A stretch of 64,000 bases of DNA from Spirochaetia bacterium (GCA_963668315.1 OY764216.1:992001-1056000), one strand, 5' to 3'. Shown: positions 38,939-48,684, counted from the stretch's first letter. A program made the numbers and translations. Notes: generated from the sequence alone by a model not told the origin.

Positions 38939-40786
38939 ATGAAAAAACAATTAGTCTTATTTCTGGGATGCATATCCTTTGCATCACTTTTCTTCAGCTG
39001 CGGGAATCTGTTTGATAACGGTTCCTCCGATAAGGATACAACTGTTCCTGTCGGATATTCTGTCATAATTGATCAATCCGTGATAAATGCTTCGAACACA
39101 TCGGCTTTTTCCTTCACCCTTTCCAATGCAGAAATTGGTACGACCTGCTCGTATATTATTGATGATGAAGATTCTGCTACCTCTGCGGTAACAGGTTCAT
39201 CAGCTATTACTGCTACGGATCTAACGATTAGCGGAATAGATGTTTCCCCCCTAAGCGATGGTAACATCAGCCTTACTGTATCACTGACAGATGCAGCAGG
39301 AAATGTGGGAGAAAGCACCTCTATTCAGACTGTTGCAAAAGATACGGTGGCTCCTTCGGGATATTCTGCGGTTATAGGGCAGTCTATCATTAGTTCTGAT
39401 AATGCAACAGCTATGTCATTTGCTCTTTCTGGTGCAGAAGCGGGAGCGACATGTAACTATACGATTAATGATGAAAACTCTGCTAACTCTGCTGTTACAG
39501 GAACAGTAGCTGTTTCCGCTTTGGCACAGAATGTCAGTGGAATTGATGTTTCTTCACTGAGCGATGGAACTCTCTATCTTACAGTTTCTCTTACCGATGC
39601 GGCAGGAAATCAGGGTCTAGCTACTACAGAAGTTACCGTCTTGAAAGATACGATAGCTCCTGACAATCAGAATACTGTTATTTCTGCAGATGCCACTCTC
39701 TATAATGATGAAACATTAGCCATTGCGAGCTCCGGTGATGAGGATAATACTATATGGCTCGCTCCCTACGGTACAACCTCATTTATTGAGGGAGCGCAAA
39801 TGACTAAAGCTTCTGGAATCGCCACGTCAATTTCCGTACCGACTGCAGAAGGCACCTACTATATTTTCGTAATTGATGGGGCGGGTAATATTTCTCCTGA
39901 ATCTACCTATGAAGTCGTTGTCGAACTTAGGACCTATAGCTTTTCCAATGCTTCGGCTACGGGAAGACAGGGCCCTGATCAGAGTGCTGTCGATTCGGCG
40001 TATTTGGGAACGCTTCTTAATGGTGATGTTACGGTTACCGATACAGGTATCCAGAAGTGGACTGTACCGAAGACAGCCACCTATCGCATTACTGCTATGG
40101 GTGCTTCCGGAGCCAATGCCGGGAGCTATGGAAAGGGAGCAAAAATCGAAGGTGACTTTGAGCTGACTGCCGGTGATATTCTTTGGATCCTTGTTGGCCA
40201 GCAGGGGGGGGGGCTCTATAAAGCTTATGCTCAGATGGGAGGAGGGGGAGGCTCTTTTGTCTCTACAGGAACCTCTCTCCCTGATAGCTCTCTCCTTATG
40301 GCTGCTGGTGGTGGTGGTGCCGCTGGAGCTAATGCTAACGCTAAATGCAACGGCCAGGCGTCTACCGCTGGAAGCTCCGGCTATGATCATGATGACATCA
40401 GCAATAATGACGGCGGTGCCGATGGAACTGCCGGTGATACCGGGGCAAATGCCGGGATGGATGCTGCTGCAGGTATTTTGAAAGAGTTCTCTCTCTCCAC
40501 GGAAGCCCAAAGTTTCTTCGACGGAGGTCTTGGCTCCGAGGTTACTGATAGCTCGGCTAATAATGGCGATGGAGGCTTTGGTGGTGGCGGAGCCAGAATA
40601 AGCGGAACCGGTTATGCTACCTCTGGCGGGGGCGGCGGATACTCCGGCGGTGGAGCTTCAGACGATATTAACGGAATGCCCTTCTATGGCGGAGGCGGCG
40701 GCTCCTACAACACAGGAACCAACCAGTCTAACACGGCCGGAGGAGCTGATCTGGGACACGGATCGGTAACAATAATTCAGTTATAG
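38939..40786 (+). CDS. Surface lipoprotein with tandem Ig-like repeats and C-terminal glycine-rich (ALK/LTK-GRD-like) domain
   Basis: Lipobox FFSC; two ~100-aa repeats ending LTVSLTDAAGN; IQKWTVP.TATYRI.A.GA.G...G.GA.I.G.F.L..GD.L.ILVGQQG followed by poly-Gly runs. Confidence 0.8.
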   Translation: MKKQLVLFLGCISFASLFFSCGNLFDNGSSDKDTTVPVGYSVIIDQSVINASNTSAFSFTLSNAEIGTTCSYIIDDEDSATSAVTGSSAITATDLTISGIDVSPLSDGNISLTVSLTDAAGNVGESTSIQTVAKDTVAPSGYSAVIGQSIISSDNATAMSFALSGAEAGATCNYTINDENSANSAVTGTVAVSALAQNVSGIDVSSLSDGTLYLTVSLTDAAGNQGLATTEVTVLKDTIAPDNQNTVISADATLYNDETLAIASSGDEDNTIWLAPYGTTSFIEGAQMTKASGIATSISVPTAEGTYYIFVIDGAGNISPESTYEVVVELRTYSFSNASATGRQGPDQSAVDSAYLGTLLNGDVTVTDTGIQKWTVPKTATYRITAMGASGANAGSYGKGAKIEGDFELTAGDILWILVGQQGGGLYKAYAQMGGGGGSFVSTGTSLPDSSLLMAAGGGGAAGANANAKCNGQASTAGSSGYDHDDISNNDGGADGTAGDTGANAGMDAAAGILKEFSLSTEAQSFFDGGLGSEVTDSSANNGDGGFGGGGARISGTGYATSGGGGGYSGGGASDDINGMPFYGGGGGSYNTGTNQSNTAGGADLGHGSVTIIQL

Positions 40787-40794
40787 TTCATCTG

Positions 40795-40837
40795 CAACAG
40801 CAGGGCCGCTTTTTAACAGGTCCCTGCTGTTGTTTTA
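40795..40837 (+). terminator. Intrinsic terminator
   Basis: CAACAGCAGGG-loop-CCCTGCTGTTG followed by TTTT. Confidence 0.65.
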
Positions 40838-40896
40838 TCCCGATTTCAGAACTTACGGCCTGTTTCCTGTATAATAGCTAAATCAGAGGGGTAAAT

Positions 40897-41232
40897 ATGG
40901 AACTGAAAGGGATTTTTCATATCGACGAATCGGACAAGTGGAAGCTTGTCATCAACAATGTAAGCAATCTTTTAAAAGATTCTCCCGATTCCCGAATCGA
41001 GATAGTGGCCAATTCCGAGGCGGTCCACGGGTTCGTACAGGCCGAATCGCCCTTTCGCCGGGAACTTGAGCAATTATCCCGTGATCATGTCCGATTGTGC
41101 GCCTGCCGGAATGCGTTGAAGGGCAGCGGGATAACCGGGGAGGATATCTTTGATTTCATAGAAGTCGTACCCAGCGGTGTCAGGGAAATCCTTGAACGAC
41201 AGCAGGAAGGATACGGATATATCAAGCCCTGA
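40897..41232 (+). CDS. DsrE/DsrF-like family protein
   Basis: IEIVANSEAV, ACRNAL, VVPSGV.EI..RQ.EGYGYIKP. Confidence 0.85.
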   Translation: MELKGIFHIDESDKWKLVINNVSNLLKDSPDSRIEIVANSEAVHGFVQAESPFRRELEQLSRDHVRLCACRNALKGSGITGEDIFDFIEVVPSGVREILERQQEGYGYIKP

Positions 41233-41265
41233 AAAGGATCAATAATATAAAACGAGGTTACCAGT

Positions 41266-41760
41266 ATGGATTCGAACAGCCTGATTCAGACGATAAATGA
41301 CAAAGGGCCCTGTCGTCTCTTGGTCATGGATAATGAAACAATCAGCTTTCTGTTTATTGATAACGGGCGGTTGATGAAGGATATTGAACTACCCCTCGGC
41401 GCAGAAAGAATTATCAGGGATTTTTTCAGAAGGGATGTTCCGAGTGAAGCCGAAGTCGAATATGCCATAAACTTCATTGAAGATGAACTGATGAGTGATA
41501 AGGATCTGGTTAACGACGGTGAAAAACTGTATCTTCCCGGGGAAATGACGGCCCTGTTGAATCTCCGTGAAGAAAAGGACGAAAGTCTCTCAAAGCAGAC
41601 GGTAGAAGAGATTTTTACAACCTATGCTCTGGTTTCCATGGGCCCTTCTCCCGTTTACGACAGCGTCGATATGAACCGGGAAAACTATGCGAAATTACTG
41701 GTACTGCGTGAGATCCTCCATCATCTGAATTTCGAAGACCTCCATTTCATTGACGGGTAA
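41266..41760 (+). CDS. Hypothetical protein resembling a stand-alone Ppx/GppA subdomain
   Basis: LPLGAERI..DFF..D.PS.AEVE.AI..IEDEL...LLVLREILHHL.F. Confidence 0.55.
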   Translation: MDSNSLIQTINDKGPCRLLVMDNETISFLFIDNGRLMKDIELPLGAERIIRDFFRRDVPSEAEVEYAINFIEDELMSDKDLVNDGEKLYLPGEMTALLNLREEKDESLSKQTVEEIFTTYALVSMGPSPVYDSVDMNRENYAKLLVLREILHHLNFEDLHFIDG

Positions 41761-41763
41761 AAC

Positions 41764-42660
41764 TTATCCTTCTCCCTCGAAAACCACTCCCGCCTCTTTG
41801 AGAAACCCCCGTATGTAGTCCGTCGCCCCTTCGGCTGTGCGAATTCCCAGGTTGATCTTCTTGTGTATTCCCTCTTTTCCCAGCCGGACCGGCCTGACGG
41901 GAAGACGGCGGCGGTACTCTTCGATAAGCCAGTAGGGCAGAGCCGTAACGCCCCGTCCGGTAGATGTCATCTGCATCATGATATCGGTCGTCTCTATGAT
42001 CTTTCGCTTACGGGGAGAGCATCCCGCGGGAATGAGGAACGCCGTATAGACATCCAGTTTCTCCGTACCCACGGGATAGGTTATCAGTGTCTGGTCGATC
42101 AAGTCCTCGGGAGTTATGAAGTCTTTCTTCCCCAGAGTATGGTCCTCGGCGACGGCCAGGACAAGCTCATAGTCGAAGACAGGGTAATAGGTGTATCCCT
42201 CTTTTTTCAGAGGATCGGGTGTCACGAGCATATCTATTTCGTGATCTTCCAGGGCTCTGATACCGCCGAACTGGAACTCCTGCTTGATATCCAGATCGAC
42301 ATCGGGCCAGTGCTGAAGATAGGGTTCGGTTATCTGCATGAGCCAGGTGTAGCAGGGGTGGCACTCCATGCCGATGCGCAGAAGACCCCGCGAGCCCCGG
42401 GCATATTGGCGAAGCATCTCTTCGGCATGGTTGAACTGGGGCAGGAGGCGTCTGGCCATGGCCAGGAGGTATTCTCCGCTCTGGGTGAATTTAATCCCCC
42501 GGCCCTCCCTTTCCCACAGCGGGGTTCCCAGCTCGTTTTCCAGCTTCCTTATCGTGTGGGTAAGGGCCGGCTGTGTGAGGCACAGGGCTTCCGCCGCTTC
42601 CGTCACGGTGCCCCTCTTGTCTATTTCGAATAGAATCTGCAGATGAATCTTATTTATCAT
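41764..42660 (-). CDS. metR: LysR-family methionine regulator
   Basis: LysR HTH; GMECHPCY.WL; LITYPV...LD; divergent from a metE-type gene. Confidence 0.88.
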   Translation of the reverse strand: MINKIHLQILFEIDKRGTVTEAAEALCLTQPALTHTIRKLENELGTPLWEREGRGIKFTQSGEYLLAMARRLLPQFNHAEEMLRQYARGSRGLLRIGMECHPCYTWLMQITEPYLQHWPDVDLDIKQEFQFGGIRALEDHEIDMLVTPDPLKKEGYTYYPVFDYELVLAVAEDHTLGKKDFITPEDLIDQTLITYPVGTEKLDVYTAFLIPAGCSPRKRKIIETTDIMMQMTSTGRGVTALPYWLIEEYRRRLPVRPVRLGKEGIHKKINLGIRTAEGATDYIRGFLKEAGVVFEGEG

Positions 42661-42662
42661 AC

Positions 42663-42698
42663 ATGAATATTATTTATGGATAGATGAAAAACTATCAT
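42663..42698. promoter_or_regulatory. Putative MetR boxes
   Basis: ATGAATATTATTTAT (42663-42677) and ATGAAAAACTATCAT (42684-42698) resemble TGAANNTNNTTCA in the divergent intergenic region. Confidence 0.6.
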
Positions 42699-42752
42699 TT
42701 TACATTATGGATGATAGAGGAGTATGCTTACTCACGTCAAGTGGAGGATAAT

Positions 42753-43895
42753 ATGATAGATAGAAACAGAGAAAATAATACCGTTGTAAAGGCCCCTTTC
42801 AGGTATGATGTGGTGGGGAGTTTTCTCAGACCCGAGTCTCTTAAGAAGGCCCGGGAGGAGCATCGTCTGGGAAGGATAAGTCCGGAAGAATTACGGGATA
42901 TAGAAGACAGGGAAATAATCCGTCTGGTGGAGAAACAGAAAGAAGCCGGATTGAAGAGTGTAACCGACGGAGAGTTTCGCCGTTCCTGGTGGCATCTGGA
43001 TTTCATGTGGGGATTTGAGGGGATCGAAAAGGTCTCTCTTCCCAAAGGCTATAGCTTTGAAGGTGTGGAAACCAGAGGGGAATCCGCCCGGGTAAGCGGC
43101 TCTGTCCGTTGCGGAAGACATCCTTTTATAGAGGATTACCGCTTTCTGAAAAACGCGGCCGGTGACGGCGTTTTGGCCCGCCAGACCATTCCCGCCCCTT
43201 CGCAGCTGTGGGCCGAGGTCATCAGGGAGGAGAACCGACAAACCCTGGATGCGGTTTATCCCGATTTAGAGAGCCTTAAAACTGATATTATCGCGGCCTA
43301 CAGGGACTTTGTTCGTGCCCTCTATAAAGAGGGCTGCCGAAACCTGCAGCTGGACGATTGTACCTGGGGGCTGCTCTGCGACAGCCGCTTCAGGGATTAT
43401 TACGATAAAGCCGGATTGGATGCGGATGAAACGGCAAGGCTTTATGCCGATCTGAACAACGGTGTCATCAGGGAAAAACCCGATGATCTGGTCATCACCA
43501 CCCATGTCTGCCGGGGCAACTACCAGTCCACCTGGGCCATGTCCGGCGGTTATGAACCGGTGGGTGAAATTCTGTTGGGCCGGGAAAATGCCGACGCCTA
43601 CTACCTGGAATTCGATACGGAAAGATCGGGGGACTTTTCCCCTCTCCGATATCTAAGCGGTGACAAGCAGGTTGTTCTGGGACTGGTTTCATCCAAGACA
43701 GGTGAACTGGAGGACAAGGCGCGGATTATCGCCCGGATCCATGAAGCGGCGGCATATGTTCCTCTGGACCGGCTTTGCTTAAGCCCTCAGTGCGGATTCG
43801 CCTCAACAGAAGAGGGAAACCTCCTCTCAGAGGAGCAGCAGTGGGAAAAACTGCGGTTCATCAAGGATATTGCCCGCGAAGTCTGGGGAGAATAA
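42753..43895 (+). CDS. Cobalamin-independent methionine synthase II (single-domain MetE/YxjH-like)
   Basis: GGAGG RBS; VGSFLRP, TDGEFRR..WH.DF, QLDD, HVCRGN, LEFD, LSPQCGFAS. Confidence 0.92.
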   Translation: MIDRNRENNTVVKAPFRYDVVGSFLRPESLKKAREEHRLGRISPEELRDIEDREIIRLVEKQKEAGLKSVTDGEFRRSWWHLDFMWGFEGIEKVSLPKGYSFEGVETRGESARVSGSVRCGRHPFIEDYRFLKNAAGDGVLARQTIPAPSQLWAEVIREENRQTLDAVYPDLESLKTDIIAAYRDFVRALYKEGCRNLQLDDCTWGLLCDSRFRDYYDKAGLDADETARLYADLNNGVIREKPDDLVITTHVCRGNYQSTWAMSGGYEPVGEILLGRENADAYYLEFDTERSGDFSPLRYLSGDKQVVLGLVSSKTGELEDKARIIARIHEAAAYVPLDRLCLSPQCGFASTEEGNLLSEEQQWEKLRFIKDIAREVWGE

Positions 43896-44030
43896 ACTTT
43901 TTATCCGAATCGGGTGTGTGTCGTCCTTCTGTCATGGTTTTGTCCTGTCCGCTGTGCTATTTTCAGAGTAACCTTCTGATAAATAAACGAGCTGGCAAGG
44001 ATGAAACGGCCGGTTGCCAAGGAGACAAAC

Positions 44031-44507
44031 ATGCTTATCATCAAAAAACTCAGACTGCAGAGGGGCTGGTCCCAGGCGGAACTGGCCGAATTCAGCGGTC
44101 TGAGTGTCAGGACTATTCAGCGGATTGAAAAGGGAGAAAAACCCGGATTGGAATCCCGCAAGTCTCTGGCCGCCGTCTTTGATCTGGATGCCGGCGATTT
44201 TCAGGAGGAAAATCTTATGGAAAACGGATTAAGCGTCACACCGGAAGAGGAAAAGGCCATGGGAGAGGTGAGGAAGCTTAAGGGGTTCTATTCCCATCTT
44301 ATGACCTATGTTCTGGTTATCGCGATTCTGTTTGCGGTGAATCTCTTGGTTGATCCCGGTTATATCTGGGCTTTCTGGCCGGCACTCGGCTGGGGACTTG
44401 GAATCCTCTCCCATGCGCTGGGAGCGGGAATTTTCGGGGGGTTTTCTCTCTTCGGCCCGGAATGGGAGAAAAAACAGGTCGAAAAGAAACTGGGCCGAAA
44501 ACTTTAA
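44031..44507 (+). CDS. XRE-family HTH protein with 2TM domain
   Basis: AAGGAG RBS; LR.QRGWSQAELAEFSGLSVRTIQRIE.G; KGFYSHL..Y...W..WPALGWG.G...H. Confidence 0.9.
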   Translation: MLIIKKLRLQRGWSQAELAEFSGLSVRTIQRIEKGEKPGLESRKSLAAVFDLDAGDFQEENLMENGLSVTPEEEKAMGEVRKLKGFYSHLMTYVLVIAILFAVNLLVDPGYIWAFWPALGWGLGILSHALGAGIFGGFSLFGPEWEKKQVEKKLGRKL

Positions 44508-44670
44508 GCTTTACAGGACGGAATTGCCGTAGAAAAGGGGAAAAACAGGAATAAATGTGAACGAAATATGAAAAAGCTTCACATAAAACACAAAAAGCTG
44601 TTCATTTCTACGAAAAAGTGTTATAATCAGGTTAATAGAAAAATTTATTTTAAAAGGATTTTATTAACCT

Positions 44671-45768
44671 ATGAGATGTTTTAAAACTTGTTTTACAATA
44701 TCTTCTCTCCTTCTTGTAAGTCTTATTTCCTGCGCCATGCCTGACGCGGGATCGGGCCTGGGGGACGGAAGTTCCTCCTCTCCCTATCAGATATATACCG
44801 CCGAAGATCTTAATGCCATAAGAGGCGGAGTTACGGGCTATGAAGACTGGGATCTGAGCGATTCCTATATTTTAATGGCCGATATCGATTTGTCCGGATA
44901 TGAGAACTGGGCGCCGATCGGTAATGTCTACAATAGTGATAACTCTATCAATTCAATAGACTCATTCCGCGGAACTTTGAACGGCAATGATCATGAAATT
45001 ACCTCCCTTATCATTAATCGTACCACCAGTACGGTGGGCCTTTTCGGCAGCATTTCCGCCGACGGAACGGTGACGGGGCTTCGCATCAGCGGAGCCGATA
45101 TTACCGGAAGAGCCAATACGGGAATTCTGGCGGGAAGTAATTACGGAACCGTGAGCAAAAGTTTCTCCAGCGGTTCTGTGGAATCCACAGGGGGCGGCTA
45201 TGTCGGCGGTCTTCTGGGGCTGAACGAGGGAACCGTTTCGTTGAGCGGTTCCACGGCCGATGTATTATCAAGCAGCAGCAATAATGGCGAGAACGCCGGA
45301 GGATTCGTCGGTTACAGCAGCGGGGTTATTGAATACAGCTACGCTGCCGGCAGTGTTGAAGGACTGGATAATAACGTAGGCGGTTTCACCGGTTCCTTTT
45401 CGGGAACAATCAGCGATTCATATGCAACAGGGGATGTTGTAGGCTCAGTTGAACTGGTAGGCGGGTTCTCCGGGAACAACCAGGGAGGAAGCCTGACGAA
45501 CTGTTATTCCGCGGGAAGCGTATCCATCAACCCAGCGGTAAGAATGATCGTTTCTCTGGTGAGAGGATTTATCGGCCAGGGAGTGGAAGCGACCCGGAAT
45601 GTGAACTGTTATTATGATTTTGATCTTTCCGGATATTCCGATGAATTTGCTGCAGACATTGATCTCACAGACCGTGATTCTTTCACCGGCTTCGATTTTT
45701 CCTCCGTCTGGGCAATCAGCAGTACGGTCAATAACGGTATGCCCTATCTGAAGGCTCTTTCCTACTAA
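44671..45768 (+). CDS. GLUG-repeat lipoprotein
   Basis: Lipobox LISC; G.G....PYQI.TAEDL; repeated VGGL.G.N.G.V..S...G.V; ends NNGMPYL. Confidence 0.85.
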   Translation: MRCFKTCFTISSLLLVSLISCAMPDAGSGLGDGSSSSPYQIYTAEDLNAIRGGVTGYEDWDLSDSYILMADIDLSGYENWAPIGNVYNSDNSINSIDSFRGTLNGNDHEITSLIINRTTSTVGLFGSISADGTVTGLRISGADITGRANTGILAGSNYGTVSKSFSSGSVESTGGGYVGGLLGLNEGTVSLSGSTADVLSSSSNNGENAGGFVGYSSGVIEYSYAAGSVEGLDNNVGGFTGSFSGTISDSYATGDVVGSVELVGGFSGNNQGGSLTNCYSAGSVSINPAVRMIVSLVRGFIGQGVEATRNVNCYYDFDLSGYSDEFAADIDLTDRDSFTGFDFSSVWAISSTVNNGMPYLKALSY

Positions 45769-45868
45769 ATCAGAAAATATATATCCGAAAAATTGATATA
45801 AACCCGCAAATATGATATAAAAAGGGGTAAGCAAGCCCCTGCGGGGGGAAGACTGATTTCGGAGAATA

Positions 45869-47161
45869 ATGATGAAAAGAAATACGGCGCCTACCCCGCC
45901 TATGGGTTGGAACAGCTGGGACTGCTACGGCACTTCCGTAACGGAGAAGGAAGTACTGGATAACGCCGCCTATATGCGGGACAACCTCAAGGAATACGGC
46001 TGGCAGTACGTTGTTGTGGATATTCAATGGTATGAGCCCAATGCTTTTCATACGTCTTATAATCCCTTTGCCGATCTTGCCATGGATGATTACTCCCGTC
46101 TGATTCCGGCGGAAAACCGCTTTCCCTCCTCAGCAGGAGGCCGGGGCTTTACCGAACTGGGACAGAAAATCCATGATATGGGCCTTAAATTCGGCATCCA
46201 TATCATGAGGGGCATCCCCCGTCAGGCCGTTCACCGCAATACTCCTATTAAAGGGACGCAATTCCGAGCCAGGGATATCGCCTCCACAGCCTCCATCGCT
46301 TCCTGGAATACCGACATGTACGGGGTAAACGCCTCCAAACCGGGAGCTCAGGAGTATTATGATTCCCTTCTGGAACTGTATGCCGAATGGGGCGTGGATT
46401 TCATTAAAGTCGATGATATCGCCCGCTCTTTTATCGGCGACAAGCTTTACCATAAAAAGGAAGTGGAACTCATCCGTAACGCCATCTCCCGCTGCGGGCG
46501 GGAGATCGTTCTGAGCCTCTCACCGGGACCGGCCCTCCTGGAGGAATCGGCCCATCTGACGGCCCATGCCGATATGTGGCGCATCAGCAACGATTACTGG
46601 GACCGCTGGGAGGATCTTTACGATCAGTTCGCCCGCTGCGCCCGGTGGAGCCCCCATTCCGGCCCCGGCCACTGGCCCGACGCCGACATGCTGCCCCTGG
46701 GGCATCTGGCCGTCCGTTCCAACGAGCATAATTTCGGAGAGCGGCAGACCCGGTTCACCCGGGAGGAGCAGAGAACCATGATGGCCCTATGGGCCATATT
46801 CCGTTCTCCCCTGATGCTGGGGTGCGTGCTGACCGATCTGGATGAATGGACCCTCGGCCTGTTGTGCAACGAGGAGCTTCTCCGGTTGAATCAGAACTCC
46901 CGGGAGGGGAGGGAGATCCGCAGGGAAGGAGATCTTGTTCTCTGGGGCGCCCATGAGGATGACCGGGAGTACAGGGCTCTCTTTAATCTGGGGGATGAAG
47001 ACAGGATGGTGGAAAATACTCTGGATACCTGGGCACTGCGGACTGTACCCTGGGGAGGGATAAATATCTTCACCCGGGAGAAGGAGAAACTGGCAGACGG
47101 AAACGGTTCGGTTAAGATTCCCGCCCACGGGGTGAAGCTCTACTGGTGTAAACCCCGGTAA
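45869..47161 (+). CDS. Glycoside hydrolase family 27 (alpha-galactosidase/beta-L-arabinopyranosidase)
   Basis: PPMGWNSWD, YVVVDIQW, GLKFGIH, WGVDFIKVDD, LSLSPG, MWRI, WPDADMLPLG. Confidence 0.92.
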   Translation: MMKRNTAPTPPMGWNSWDCYGTSVTEKEVLDNAAYMRDNLKEYGWQYVVVDIQWYEPNAFHTSYNPFADLAMDDYSRLIPAENRFPSSAGGRGFTELGQKIHDMGLKFGIHIMRGIPRQAVHRNTPIKGTQFRARDIASTASIASWNTDMYGVNASKPGAQEYYDSLLELYAEWGVDFIKVDDIARSFIGDKLYHKKEVELIRNAISRCGREIVLSLSPGPALLEESAHLTAHADMWRISNDYWDRWEDLYDQFARCARWSPHSGPGHWPDADMLPLGHLAVRSNEHNFGERQTRFTREEQRTMMALWAIFRSPLMLGCVLTDLDEWTLGLLCNEELLRLNQNSREGREIRREGDLVLWGAHEDDREYRALFNLGDEDRMVENTLDTWALRTVPWGGINIFTREKEKLADGNGSVKIPAHGVKLYWCKPR

Positions 47162-47170
47162 GATTTCTCC

Positions 47171-47210
47171 TTGCCCGATCGGGTCTCTGGGGTTATAATG
47201 GGCAAACGTG
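47171..47210 (+). promoter_or_regulatory. Sigma70 promoter for a near-leaderless transcript, copy 1
   Basis: TTGCCC-N17-TATAAT, with the GTG start 9 nt after the -10 end and no RBS. Confidence 0.7.
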
Positions 47211-48215
47211 ACCGCCCACGCATTGAAAAACCGCTCAGGTAAATGGTTCTCTCCGGCAATCCTCCTCCCCTTGGCTGTCCTTTTCTGCCTGTTGCTTTCC
47301 GCCTGTGACGGCTCCCGAAAGAAGGAGGAAAAGCCCGAAGGACTGATTCTCGGTTTTTCCCAGATAGGAGCCGAGAGCGCCTGGCGGAAATGCAATTCCC
47401 TTTCCATAAAAGAGGCCGCCGAGTCCCGCGGGGTACAGCTCCTTTTCGAAAATGCCGAACAGAAGCAGGAAAATCAGATCAAAGCGCTTCGTTCTTTTAT
47501 CGTTTATCAGGTCGATGTCATTGCCTTTGTCCCCATTGTCGCCGGAGGCTGGGATAATATCCTCAAGGAAGCGAAGGATGCGGGGATTCCCGTACTAATC
47601 ACCGACAGGAAAATTGAAACAAACGATCCCAGTCTTTTCGCCGGATTCATCGGGACGGACAGCCGCCAGGAGGGACGGGAAGCGGGACTTTTCCTGCTCA
47701 GGAAATTCTCCTCCCGGAAGAGTCCGGTGAGAATCGTGGAAATCAGCGGAACAGAAGGTTCTTCCCCGGCCATCGGAAGGGCGGAGGGGTTCAGGGAGAT
47801 TCTGGAAGGCCACGACGATTTTCAGATTATCCACAGCGTTTCCGGTGATTTCCTCCGTTCGAAGGGCTATGAATTGATGCGTGATATCCTCAAAAGGTAT
47901 GACGATATCAATGCGGTTTATTCCCATAACGACGGTATGACACTGGGGATTCTGGAAGCCATCAAAGAGAAAGGGCTCAGCCCCGGAAAGGATATCGTCA
48001 TCATCACCATTGATGCCGAGCAGGCCGCCATTGACGCCCTGCAGAGGGGAGAAGTGAATTGCGTGATCGAATGCAATCCCAAAACGGGGCCGGATATCAT
48101 AGACCTGGCGGAGAAACTGGCCCGGGGAGAATCGATTCCCCCTCTCCAGCATGTGCAGGAACAGGTTTTTACCGAATACGATGATCTTTCCGGCATCGAG
48201 CCCAGAGGCTATTGA
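47208..48215 (+). CDS. YtfQ-like sugar-binding lipoprotein, probably a sensory partner of the two-component system
   Basis: Lipobox LSAC; GFSQIGAESAWR, AEQKQENQIKA.RSFI, HNDGM..G, ECNP; no adjacent permease. Confidence 0.85.
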   Translation: MTAHALKNRSGKWFSPAILLPLAVLFCLLLSACDGSRKKEEKPEGLILGFSQIGAESAWRKCNSLSIKEAAESRGVQLLFENAEQKQENQIKALRSFIVYQVDVIAFVPIVAGGWDNILKEAKDAGIPVLITDRKIETNDPSLFAGFIGTDSRQEGREAGLFLLRKFSSRKSPVRIVEISGTEGSSPAIGRAEGFREILEGHDDFQIIHSVSGDFLRSKGYELMRDILKRYDDINAVYSHNDGMTLGILEAIKEKGLSPGKDIVIITIDAEQAAIDALQRGEVNCVIECNPKTGPDIIDLAEKLARGESIPPLQHVQEQVFTEYDDLSGIEPRGY

Positions 48216-48246
48216 GCCGGTTGACCGGGTCATGTACAATAATGGC

Positions 48247-48684
48247 ATGAAGGTTTACCCTATCCTTTTTTTTCTTCTTGCCCCTTTCACCCTTTCTCTC
48301 TCTGCCCAGAACGGAGCGGATATATCATCCCCCGGAGCGGGATCGGAGCCGGAATGGATAGGGGGAGAAACCGTGGGCTCCCTCCTTACGCTGAATGACT
48401 TTGATATTCCCCAGCCCGCCGGTATGCCCCTTATGGATCACTTCTTCACCGGAGATAAACCGGAGCGGGGATACGCCGTCGGTATCGCCCTGTTTGCCGC
48501 AGGGGTAGGGACCCTCGGCGGCTCCTTCTACCATACCCTGGACAGCATGGAAAAGGATCCCGGAGGAACGGGCGTCGGCAACGGACTCATTACGGCCGGG
48601 TTCTCCCTGGCGGGCATCGGAATTTCCAGTCTTGTCATGGATTTTTTCCGGGAACGGATCAAGGCTCGCGCTTCAGAAGAATAA
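48247..48684 (+). CDS. Hypothetical exported/membrane protein
   Basis: Signal peptide MKVYPILFFLLAPFTLSLSA; two Gly-rich hydrophobic segments. Confidence 0.6.
   Translation: MKVYPILFFLLAPFTLSLSAQNGADISSPGAGSEPEWIGGETVGSLLTLNDFDIPQPAGMPLMDHFFTGDKPERGYAVGIALFAAGVGTLGGSFYHTLDSMEKDPGGTGVGNGLITAGFSLAGIGISSLVMDFFRERIKARASEE

Noticed and set aside
42661..42752. SAM or other riboswitch before metE2 (also checked before cysD, ade and allE)
   Set aside because: No recognisable aptamer consensus; the region is short and fits MetR control.
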